The notes: generated from the sequence alone by a model not told the origin. A stretch of DNA of 64,000 bases from Candidatus Woesearchaeota archaeon (GCA_964606775.1 CAZSGW010000002.1:16129-80128), one strand, 5' to 3'. Positions 29,599 through 38,139 are shown, counted from the stretch's first letter. Numbers and translations are program-made.

Positions 29599-29627
29599 AC
29601 AGATAGTCAAAACTTTCAGTTTTGAGA
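29599..29627. promoter_or_regulatory. 29-nt motif ACAGATAGTCAAAACTTTCAGTTTTGA with 8-bp palindrome arms (copy 1)
   Basis: identical copy at 34960-34988; each upstream of a + strand membrane/secreted-protein gene. Confidence 0.5.
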
Positions 29628-29800
29628 TTTAATTGAAATAATCTTCCCCCAAAAATTGAAAAAACTTCTTTTATCGGACCAGAAAAATCTCTCGAAATTT
29701 CTTCAAAATTTCGCCTAACAAACGATAAAAGGTTCGCTCTGCTCTCCCAAATTTTTTCAAAAATGAAAAGCTTTTTATATTATGCTTTTTAATATATATT

Positions 29801-31240
29801 ATGAAAAGATTAATGGTGTTAATGAGTGTAGTATTAATTTTTAGTATGGTTAGTTTGGTTTCTGCAGATACTTGTACAGATACAGATGGATTAAATTTAT
29901 ATTCAAAAGGGATGATTTCAGGATACGAAGATGAAAATTATGGAGAGTTTGAAGATAGATGTACTATTAATCCTGGTTCAGATTATACTGTTCTTCAAGA
30001 AGGCTATTGTAAAGAAGATGGAAGTTCTGCAATTTTAACAATTACTTGTTCTAGTGAATGTGTTGAGGGAACATGTGTTGGAGAACAACAAAGTGTACCT
30101 AGTTGTTCTGATTCTGATGGAGGATTAGATTTTTATGAAAAAGGTTCTATATCTGGACCAAAATTTACAGGCAAAGAAGAGGATATTGTGAGTTCAAAAA
30201 CTTATGAGGATAGTTGCACAACTAAAGGAGATATGAATCAATTAGAATATTATTGTGATAGTGGGTTAATTGTTTCAGTAAGTCATTGGTGTCCGCAAGG
30301 GTGTAGTGATGGAGCTTGTTTGCCTGAACCTGTTTGTTATGATTCAGATGGTTTAGACTATTATAATAAAGGGTATACTCAAAAAGATGATGACCCTAAA
30401 ACTTATGATGGATGTAAATCACCACATGACGGGACTCTTTATGAAAGATTTTGTAGGGATGACGGCATTCCGTATATTGAAGATTTTTATTGTGAGTTTG
30501 GTTGTAAGGATGGAGCTTGTTTAGAAGAACCTAGTGAAGAAAATGAAACCTGTGTGGAAACAGATAAAGGTAAGGATAGATATTTGAAGGGTAGAACTTA
30601 TATTGGAAAAGATACTCATACTGATTCTTGTTATCAAGATTCTTTAGTTGAGTATTATTGTTCTTTTGATTTAGAAACTCAAAAAGATTTTATTAAAAAA
30701 GATACTCTTGAGTGTACTCAAGGATGTGAGGATGGAGCATGCGTCCAATTAGAATGTTCTGAAACAGATAATGGGAAAGATGGTTTTGTTAAAGGAACAA
30801 CATGGATTGGAGAAGACACTCACACAGACGCTTGTTATAATAACAATGTTGTTGAGTACTATTGTTCTTTTGATTCTGAATTAGATAAACCTTTTATTAA
30901 AAAAGATGAGATAATTTGTGAAGCGGGATGTGAAGATGGGGCTTGTTTAAATAAAACAATAATAAAACCAGATTTAGATGAAGGTCCAGAAGAAATAAAT
31001 GACTTTAACAAATATTTTTGTTATGGGTGTTTAGTGGAGAAGTCATGTTATCCATTAGGATATAGAAAAGGTGGAGATTATTGTTCTGATGAAAATAATG
31101 AATTTATAGTTCAATTAGAAGCAGAATCTTCTTGCGAAAATAATTTTGAATGTGATAGTAATCTTTGTATAAATGATGAGTGTGTAAGTGGAAGCTTATG
31201 GGCTAAATTTATAAGATGGTTAAGTAAGATTTTTGGTTAA
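29801..31240 (+). CDS. secreted Cys-rich protein with five tandem ~70-aa repeats
   Basis: N-terminal signal/TM, repeats each ending GC(E/S/K)DGAC(L/V); C-terminal WAKFIRWLSKIFG motif. Confidence 0.7.
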   Translation: MKRLMVLMSVVLIFSMVSLVSADTCTDTDGLNLYSKGMISGYEDENYGEFEDRCTINPGSDYTVLQEGYCKEDGSSAILTITCSSECVEGTCVGEQQSVPSCSDSDGGLDFYEKGSISGPKFTGKEEDIVSSKTYEDSCTTKGDMNQLEYYCDSGLIVSVSHWCPQGCSDGACLPEPVCYDSDGLDYYNKGYTQKDDDPKTYDGCKSPHDGTLYERFCRDDGIPYIEDFYCEFGCKDGACLEEPSEENETCVETDKGKDRYLKGRTYIGKDTHTDSCYQDSLVEYYCSFDLETQKDFIKKDTLECTQGCEDGACVQLECSETDNGKDGFVKGTTWIGEDTHTDACYNNNVVEYYCSFDSELDKPFIKKDEIICEAGCEDGACLNKTIIKPDLDEGPEEINDFNKYFCYGCLVEKSCYPLGYRKGGDYCSDENNEFIVQLEAESSCENNFECDSNLCINDECVSGSLWAKFIRWLSKIFG

Positions 31241-31269
31241 AAAATTTTCCACCCCCAAGATTATTTCTT

Positions 31270-31290
31270 CTTCTTTTTAGAAAAAAGAAG
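31270..31290 (+). terminator. A/T palindromic hairpin with T-tract just after stop codon
   Basis: CTTCTTTTT-AG-AAAAAGAAG; same kind of element after stops at 33436-33454, 33475-33495, 36433-36451. Confidence 0.4.
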
Positions 31291-31750
31291 CAAAAAGACG
31301 CACACATCTCTTATTTAATGGGTTTTACAGACGGAACCCACCGTCCTAAAGTGTCCTCTCTAATTATATGACGAGAATTTGCAACTTTGATTTTTTGCCT
31401 TCGGCATCGTTGCACTAAAAATCAATCCTCACTTTGTTCGGAGAAACTAACAAGAATTCCCAGCGTCGATAAATCGACCAAATTTAAAATTTCATTTTTT
31501 GCCCACCCGACATAGGAGAAAAAAGCCTGCGTCCTTCGGGCAGATAGCTGAAACAAGTTTCAGAGAAAAACTTCTTTTACCCGACCGACGAGAAAACAAA
31601 CAAAATGCTTCGCACTTTGTATAACAAAGGGTAAAAGGTTTCACTCCGTTACACCCAAATTTTTCATTTAACTTGAGGGGTTCTTAGTCCTTCGGACAAA
31701 TTGTCGGCTCACGCCGAAATGATTAAAAGGTTTAAATTTTTTATTTTCTT

Positions 31751-32491
31751 ATGAATGAAAAAACTTCCCAAGAAGAATTGTTTAATTATATTCTTAACTT
31801 AACTCCAATAATTGAAATTGAAGAAGTAAAAAAAGATTTAACAACTTCAATGAAGAGAAGAGAATATATTAAAATAAATGGAAATAAAATTAATTTTTAT
31901 AATCTTAAAGCTCATTTAGATACAATACAAAGAAGAAAATATCTTAATAATTTCTGCCTTTATGAAATATCAAAAGATTGTGATAACAAAGATAATATAA
32001 CTAAAAAAGAAGTAGAATTTTTAGACAAAGAAAAAAATAATTATCTTCCAAACTTTCTTATTCAATGCGAATATTTTTTATTCTCAACAAAAACTATTTT
32101 TGATACAATTCTAAAAATGATAAATTACATTTTTCCAGAGGAATCTCAACCAACATCTTTTAGGAGAATGGAAAATTGGACAGATGAAATAAAAATTAAA
32201 TCTCTGATTTCTAGTAATTGGGATTGGTTTACTAAATTCAATGAATTAAGAAATAGCTTGACTCATGATGCTATTGCTGGAATAACAACACAAATAAAAA
32301 GCAAACCTCAAGAAGGAATAATTAATTATTCGAAGAGAAACCTAAAGATTTGGAATGAAAAAAGACAGGAGGAGGATATACTACAATTGCCCAATTATTT
32401 TGAAGAATGTTTTTCAAAAACTAAACAATTCATAAATAATTTTTATGAACTTTTACTAAAACAGAAAATAGAAGGAAATTCTATTTCTTGA
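31751..32491 (+). CDS. hypothetical protein (possible HEPN-like Rx4H motif)
   Basis: 246 aa; ELRNSLTHD motif. Confidence 0.45.
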   Translation: MNEKTSQEELFNYILNLTPIIEIEEVKKDLTTSMKRREYIKINGNKINFYNLKAHLDTIQRRKYLNNFCLYEISKDCDNKDNITKKEVEFLDKEKNNYLPNFLIQCEYFLFSTKTIFDTILKMINYIFPEESQPTSFRRMENWTDEIKIKSLISSNWDWFTKFNELRNSLTHDAIAGITTQIKSKPQEGIINYSKRNLKIWNEKRQEEDILQLPNYFEECFSKTKQFINNFYELLLKQKIEGNSIS

Positions 32492-32753
32492 TTAATTCTT
32501 TTGCGACCTTTTCACCTTCTTTTGTCCTCTTGTAAATCCTTCCCGTTCTATCTTCAGGATTTACAACTTCAACAAGTTTTTTATCTCTCAATTCAGATAA
32601 AGCACGAGAAACAAGATTAAAATAAGTGTTGCTGTTACTTTTGTAAATTTTCATAACTAATTCCGAAGGCATCATAGGTTTATCCAAATTCATAAAAACT
32701 TCTTTTCTATTTTTGCCTCTCTTTACAAAACCTATGGCTTTTAGCAATTCCAT
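32481..32753 (-). CDS. small winged-helix transcriptional regulator
   Basis: 90 aa wHTH-like. Confidence 0.5.
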   Translation of the reverse strand: MELLKAIGFVKRGKNRKEVFMNLDKPMMPSELVMKIYKSNSNTYFNLVSRALSELRDKKLVEVVNPEDRTGRIYKRTKEGEKVAKELIKK

Positions 32754-32846
32754 AGCAATCTATATACAAAGAAATTTAAGAAGCAAATTCAACAATCTAT
32801 TAGCAAAAGGAAAAGGTTTATAAAATAGTTTTCTCTATATTTTATT

Positions 32847-33425
32847 ATGGATAAAAAAGTGACTATTGGAATTGTTGTGGCAGTTATAGTTATCGTTGCA
32901 GGATATTTTATTTTCTTTAATCAATCATCTTCTACAATTTTACCTTCTAAACCTCAAACTTATAGCGGAGATGTTTCTAGTTTAGTTTTTAGTCTAGAAG
33001 AATTACCTGAAGGATACAAAATTGCCGAAAGAACTCCAAGAACAAAATCAGATGTTTCCGAAGAAGGTTTAAGTTGGGGATGGAGCGAAGGTTATTACAT
33101 AAGATATCTTAAAGGTGGAGAAGAAAGTTTATTTGATGTAAGCCGTATTGAGTTATATGTTTCAAGATATCCTTTAGAAAATGTAAGTAAGGGTATTGAA
33201 AATGGGGCTCCAGAATATGAAGGTTATACTATGGAAGAATTGCCAAATCCAAATATTGGCGAAATGTCTTTGGCGACAAGATACACAGATGATGATTTAG
33301 GTTTAAGAGAATATCAAATTGAATTTTATGATAAAGATATTTATATTACTCTTATGAATGGTGGTTCAGCAACAGATTATGAATTGTTAAAAGAACTCGC
33401 TAAAAAAATTGAAGGTAAGATTTAA
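32847..33425 (+). CDS. N-terminally membrane-anchored extracytoplasmic protein
   Basis: single N-terminal TM helix then soluble domain. Confidence 0.5.
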   Translation: MDKKVTIGIVVAVIVIVAGYFIFFNQSSSTILPSKPQTYSGDVSSLVFSLEELPEGYKIAERTPRTKSDVSEEGLSWGWSEGYYIRYLKGGEESLFDVSRIELYVSRYPLENVSKGIENGAPEYEGYTMEELPNPNIGEMSLATRYTDDDLGLREYQIEFYDKDIYITLMNGGSATDYELLKELAKKIEGKI

Positions 33426-33645
33426 TTCTGAAAACTTCTTTTAGAAAAAGAAGGCAAAATAAGAACCCCTCATTTTCTTTTTTAGAAAAAAAGAAACAAA
33501 AAAGGGCAGGCTTTTTTCTCTAATTATTTGGTCGTCGGAAACAACCATCCTCCTCCCCCACCCTAAAATGAAATTTTAAACTCACGAGGAAACTTTTTGT
33601 TTCAGCTCGTGCCCTTCGGGTCTGGGAACAGCAGATTAATTGCAA

Positions 33646-33820
33646 TTCTAAAACCTGCCTTTCTCGACGAGAAAGTAACCATAAATCCTAAAAGTTGTCG
33701 CCTTCGTTAAACGGACAAACGAGGAGAAAAAAAGAAATGCTTCGCACTTTCTTATAACAATCGTTTAACGGTTCGCTTCGCTCTCCCAAATTTTTTCTTG
33801 ATTGAAAGTTGGGGGGCTAA
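33646..33820. repeat. left arm of long imperfect inverted repeat
   Basis: TTCTAAAACCTGCC...AGTTGTCGCC...TTTTTTCTTGATTGAAAGTTGGGGGGCTAA matches rc of 34724-34830. Confidence 0.8.
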
Positions 33821-33822
33821 AA

Positions 33823-34059
33823 CTATTTTTTCCCAGACAGCCAAGAATTAATATGTTCTCTAACTTTTTTATTTGTGGCATAAAGAAAAATTCCTCCCAA
33901 TCCCACAATTACAGAACCAACATACGCAGGAACATCACCAATCAAAGATTTAATCACAAGAAAAACAACAACAATCATTATTGCTGCGACAATGATCAAT
34001 TTTCCTAAATCCAAAATGTCTTCTGTTAATTGTCTTGTTTCTCTGCTCATGTTAACCAA
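33823..34059 (-). CDS. small two-TM membrane protein
   Basis: 78 aa, hydrophobic core. Confidence 0.5.
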   Translation of the reverse strand: MVNMSRETRQLTEDILDLGKLIIVAAIMIVVVFLVIKSLIGDVPAYVGSVIVGLGGIFLYATNKKVREHINSWLSGKK

Positions 34060-34681
34060 ATACCTTTTTTAAGAATCCTTTTTTCTTAGGGGTAATTTTA
34101 GGCATACCATTCTCTTCCATTATCTTAATAACTGCTTCTGCCTGTGCTTTTGCCTCTTCTCCAATAAAGAGTTTTCCCAATTCGTTTATTTTTTCTTCAT
34201 ACCATTTACGTAAAGAAACGCCAAAAGCTTTCTTAGATAAATTTGGATTTTCAATTTCCATCTTTATTAATTTTTTTAATTCAACATCAATAAAAAATAC
34301 TTCTGCATAAACTATGTTAATCCTGTCTTTTTTATCTTCTCCTTTGTATGGAGTCCAAGAAATTGAAACTCTTTCGGGCAATTCATCCATTCTTCCAGCA
34401 TAAATCACATCTCTTAATATTGAAATTGCAAACCCATCAATTAAATCTCTTTTGTCCCTTAATTCTTCAGGACTACATTTCTTTCCTTTTGGGATTACTT
34501 TTATTTCAAACATCCTACTTCCTTCTTCGTTAATATGTCCTTTTTTATCTACATCTACATCCCAACCTAATTCCTCTGAATAATGGGATAATTCTTTTTT
34601 AGCATTAACAATCCCACTAGAAGTAGCACTAATTGTAAAATAGGTTTCAATCCATTTATAATTCTCTAAATCTTCTGCCAT
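34052..34681 (-). CDS. hypothetical protein
   Basis: 209-aa ORF overlapping downstream small membrane-protein gene. Confidence 0.5.
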   Translation of the reverse strand: MAEDLENYKWIETYFTISATSSGIVNAKKELSHYSEELGWDVDVDKKGHINEEGSRMFEIKVIPKGKKCSPEELRDKRDLIDGFAISILRDVIYAGRMDELPERVSISWTPYKGEDKKDRINIVYAEVFFIDVELKKLIKMEIENPNLSKKAFGVSLRKWYEEKINELGKLFIGEEAKAQAEAVIKIMEENGMPKITPKKKGFLKKVFG

Positions 34682-34723
34682 ATTATATAGATTAGAGAGA
34701 ACATATTTATAAAATTATCTATC

Positions 34724-34830
34724 TTAGCCCCCCAACTTTGTCTTTCAGACATTTAGTCTGCCTACGGCAGAGATATATAAAATCAAGAAAAAACTACGGC
34801 GACAACTGGATTTACGGCAGGTTTTAGAAC
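34724..34830. repeat. right arm of inverted repeat (shorter, deleted version of left arm)
   Basis: TTAGCCCCCCAACTT...GGCGACAACT...GGCAGGTTTTAGAA. Confidence 0.8.
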
Positions 34831-34959
34831 TTCTTCGGAAAACTTCGTTTTCCTCGACCACGCTGCGCTCTCGCCTTCGGCTCGGGGCAATTAACAGCGA
34901 TTATATTCAATCGTCGTGTAGATTTATTAAAAGGGGATTGCCGCCTTAGTCCCTTTGGG

Positions 34960-34988
34960 ACAGATAGTCAAAACTTTCAGTTTTGAAG
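34960..34988. promoter_or_regulatory. 29-nt palindromic motif copy 2
   Basis: identical to 29599-29627. Confidence 0.5.
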
Positions 34989-35035
34989 ATTTATTTACAA
35001 AGATTTTTATATCTCCATTTATATTTATATTCATA

Positions 35036-35515
35036 ATGGCAAGACATTATGATGACGGATATGAAATGTATGTTCCAGGAAAAAAGAAACATCATTCACA
35101 TCACTATTCCTCAAGAGGACATTTGAACTTTAAAAATTTCCTTAGAAGATATGTTTATTTTAGAATTCAAAATGATGTTGAACCCCATCTAAAACAATTT
35201 GGCATAATATTTATTATTGGACTTGTTTTGAATTATGTATATTATCAAACTCTTTCATTAAGATACCTCTTTATTGGAGGAGTAAATGAATGGTTTAATG
35301 TTCTAATGCCAACATTAAATTATGGTTTTGGGACAGGTTATAATTTATTTTATCTGATTATTAACGGAATTTTTTATGCCTATTTTTATTATAGTTTTAT
35401 ATTAGTTATTTACAATACGATAACTAATTTAGATGATAGAGATACATGGGTTATGATTGGATGGTTTGCATTAATAATATGGATAATAACAAAGATATTT
35501 CCGCAAATAATATAA
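35036..35515 (+). CDS. membrane protein, His-rich N-terminus (start placed at internal ATG)
   Basis: TATA-like ATTTATATTTATAT ~20 nt upstream of ATG 35036; ORF-track start 34955 would read through the conserved palindromic motif. Confidence 0.45.
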   Translation: MARHYDDGYEMYVPGKKKHHSHHYSSRGHLNFKNFLRRYVYFRIQNDVEPHLKQFGIIFIIGLVLNYVYYQTLSLRYLFIGGVNEWFNVLMPTLNYGFGTGYNLFYLIINGIFYAYFYYSFILVIYNTITNLDDRDTWVMIGWFALIIWIITKIFPQII

Positions 35516-35541
35516 ACAAATATTAACAATCAATTATAAAG

Positions 35542-36414
35542 ATGAAAGATAAAATCCTAAATCAAACAAAACATTTCTGTAAAAAGAAATGGAATCAGTT
35601 TACTTTTTGGTTTACAAAAAAAGAGCATCCAAGAAGTATATTAAATAAAAATGTGTTCTTTCATGATTTACTAAAAATTATCGGTTTAATTTTAGTATTC
35701 TTGATTGTTTATTCAAATGTTGATAAGCTAAATCAAATTGTTTTGATATTTATAAAAATAGGTTCACTATTACAACTCGTATTGCTTTTCTTTATTTTAA
35801 GAAAAGCATGGCATTTGACAATTAACTTGAAATACTTTTTTCGTGGACTAAACCATGGAACAAAAGCTATAATTGCTATCGCTTTGGTTTTATTACTCTT
35901 TATGGCTTTTCAAAATCAAGAAAAAGTAGTTGATTCGGTAGTTGAATCTTACGAAAAAGCAGAATTTCAAAAATTTAATCCTATTAATGCCAATCTAAAT
36001 TTATCTTCATTAAATCTTAAAGGAATAACAAAGCAACTTAACACTTGTCCACAAATTGATGTTCCTATTAATTTTCCTAAATATGGAGACCCTAATATCA
36101 AAAGTCAAACCTATGATGGATGGAAAGTTAAAGGAAGTGCAACTTGTAGAAAGGGAACAAAAGAAGGAGAAAATCTAAATAGATATTATTGTGGTGGATA
36201 TGAAAGTTTTATGGGAATAGGAAGTGTTAATGCTTATGTTGAAAAAACAACAATTTCTGATGACGGAGATATCGGAAAAACTTACAAATATGTTATATGG
36301 AATATTTATGATGAAGATAAAAACTTTGTAGAAACAAGATGTATCGGAGATCCTGACGAGTTTGATAAAAAACAAGCTGAAGCATTTTATAATGAAATGC
36401 TAAAATGGAGCTAA
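35542..36414 (+). CDS. membrane-anchored protein with Cys-containing extracytoplasmic domain
   Basis: N-terminal TM helices, C-terminal soluble domain. Confidence 0.5.
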   Translation: MKDKILNQTKHFCKKKWNQFTFWFTKKEHPRSILNKNVFFHDLLKIIGLILVFLIVYSNVDKLNQIVLIFIKIGSLLQLVLLFFILRKAWHLTINLKYFFRGLNHGTKAIIAIALVLLLFMAFQNQEKVVDSVVESYEKAEFQKFNPINANLNLSSLNLKGITKQLNTCPQIDVPINFPKYGDPNIKSQTYDGWKVKGSATCRKGTKEGENLNRYYCGGYESFMGIGSVNAYVEKTTISDDGDIGKTYKYVIWNIYDEDKNFVETRCIGDPDEFDKKQAEAFYNEMLKWS

Positions 36415-36633
36415 AAATCTAATTCTAATTTTCTTTTTTAAAAAAAAGAAACAAAAAAGGCGGCGGCAATCCCCAGAAAAAAAACTATACACACGACGAC
36501 TTTGAGTTTTCCCTTCGGGACGTTGCACTAAAACTCAATCCCTAACGGGAGAATATAACAAGGATTACATTCAATTTCTTCACTCCATTTAACAGCACAA
36601 AAGCAATAAAAACCCTCGACTCTTCACTCTTAA

Positions 36634-37437
36634 ATGGAAAAAGAAGTGAAACCAAATATAAAACAAGAACAAATTCACGACATTCTTTTCAATCGTGAAA
36701 TAGGTTGGCAAGAAATAATCTATGATTTAATCAACACTGAACAACTTGATCCTTGGGACGTAAATATTTCAATACTCGCCGAAAAGTATTTGGAAAAAAT
36801 AAAGGAACTTGAAGAGGCAGATTTCTTCGTATCTTCAAAAGTACTCCTCGCAGCTTCACTTTTACTAAGAATTAAATCCGAAATACTTCTAAACAAATAT
36901 ATCAAATCAATAGACGAAATACTTTTCGGAAAAGAAGAAAAAAAGAAATACGAAATGGAAAGGATAGAACTAGATGAACAAATACCCGAGCTAATACCAC
37001 GAAGCCCAATGCCCAGATTCAAAAAAGTTACTTTAAAAGAATTGATGGAGTCCCTAAATAAAGCAATATCAACAGAAAATAGAAGGATAAAAAAAGAAAT
37101 AATCAAGAAAAACGCATTAAGGGAATCCTCAATCTCTCTTCCAAAGAAAAATACAAGCATAAAAGACAAAATAAAAATAATCTACGAGAAAATAACAGGA
37201 CATTTTCTAAATAGCAAGACCCACAAAAAAGTACCTTATTCTCATTTGACTGGAGAAAAAAGAGAAGAAAGGATACACTCTTTCGGACCTTTACTACAAT
37301 TAGAAAACCAAAAGAAACTCTGGTTACATCAAGAAAATCACTTCGAAGAAATCCACATCTGGGAAAGAAAATCTTTTTGGAAACACAAAGGAGACCCTTT
37401 TGCAGATTTGCGTGAAGAGGAAGTTAAAAAAGAATAA
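36634..37437 (+). CDS. ScpA-like kleisin (segregation and condensation protein A), tentative
   Basis: N-terminal ...EQLDPWDVNISILAEKYLEKIKEL resembles ScpA N-terminal motif; 267 aa. Confidence 0.45.
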   Translation: MEKEVKPNIKQEQIHDILFNREIGWQEIIYDLINTEQLDPWDVNISILAEKYLEKIKELEEADFFVSSKVLLAASLLLRIKSEILLNKYIKSIDEILFGKEEKKKYEMERIELDEQIPELIPRSPMPRFKKVTLKELMESLNKAISTENRRIKKEIIKKNALRESSISLPKKNTSIKDKIKIIYEKITGHFLNSKTHKKVPYSHLTGEKREERIHSFGPLLQLENQKKLWLHQENHFEEIHIWERKSFWKHKGDPFADLREEEVKKE

Positions 37438-37467
37438 TCTTATAACCCTCTTTTTCTCATTTAAATT

Positions 37468-38139
37468 ATGAAACTAGCAGTTCTACTTTCAGGAGGAAAA
37501 GATTCAGTCTATGCAGCTTATCTAGCAAAAAAATACAAACACGAATTAGTTTGCAACATCTCAATATTCTCAGAAAATAAAGATTCCTACATGTTCCACA
37601 CACCTTCAGTAGAAAAAACAAAAAAGCAATCTGAAGCAATGCAACTGCCTTTAATAATTCAAGAAACAAAGGGAAAAAAAGAAATTGAACTAAAGGACTT
37701 AGAAAAAGCAATCAAAAAAGCAAAAAAAGAGTATAAAATTGAAGGAGTCATAACTGGCGCAATTCAATCTGTTTATCAAGCATCAAGAATTCAAAAAATC
37801 TGCAACAAATTAAAATTAGAATGTTTTAATCCACTTTGGCAGAAGGATGAAGAAGAATATTTAAAAGAATTAATTAAATCAAAATTCAAGGTAATTATTG
37901 TAGGCGTTTTCGCTTATCCTTTAAATCAATCCTGGCTCGGAAAAGAAATAAACAAAGATTTCATAAAAGAAATAACTGAATTAAATAAAAAATATCAAAT
38001 CCATGTGGCTGGAGAAGGAGGGGAGTTCGAAACATTTGTTCTTGATTGCCCTTTATTCAAAAAACCTCTAAAAATAAAATCCTTCAAAGATTCAAAAGAA
38101 GGCGAAAATTCTTTCCGAAGAGAGATAGAAATTCAATAA
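37468..38139 (+). CDS. diphthine-ammonia ligase Dph6-like PP-loop ATPase (MJ0570 family)
   Basis: LSGGKDS and GEGGEFETFVLDCP motifs. Confidence 0.8.
   Translation: MKLAVLLSGGKDSVYAAYLAKKYKHELVCNISIFSENKDSYMFHTPSVEKTKKQSEAMQLPLIIQETKGKKEIELKDLEKAIKKAKKEYKIEGVITGAIQSVYQASRIQKICNKLKLECFNPLWQKDEEEYLKELIKSKFKVIIVGVFAYPLNQSWLGKEINKDFIKEITELNKKYQIHVAGEGGEFETFVLDCPLFKKPLKIKSFKDSKEGENSFRREIEIQ

Noticed and set aside
29428-29625. 65-aa ORF from the six-frame track
   Set aside because: Lies across the tandem repeat and the conserved palindromic motif and has no coding-like composition. Likely spurious.
31241-31750. Possible RNase P RNA or SRP RNA in the 510-bp gap
   Set aside because: No CR-I (GGAAAGUCC-like) or SRP helix-8 signatures seen. 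The sequence is better explained as repeated cassette-boundary modules.
33802-34008. 68-aa + strand ORF
   Set aside because: Overlaps the minus-strand small membrane-protein gene and the inverted-repeat arm. Low-complexity composition.
34955-35035. ORF-track start at 34955 for the membrane protein
   Set aside because: Would translate through the conserved non-coding palindromic motif. The internal ATG at 35036 has a TATA-like box upstream.
28052-36633. Classical integron with IntI and attC sites
   Set aside because: The recombinase is 278 aa without an evident IntI-specific insertion. Spacers are 220-510 bp, longer than attC. Only weak isolated matches to R'' (GCCTAAC at 29713) and R' (GTTAAAC at 33706) cores. 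I keep this only as an analogy.
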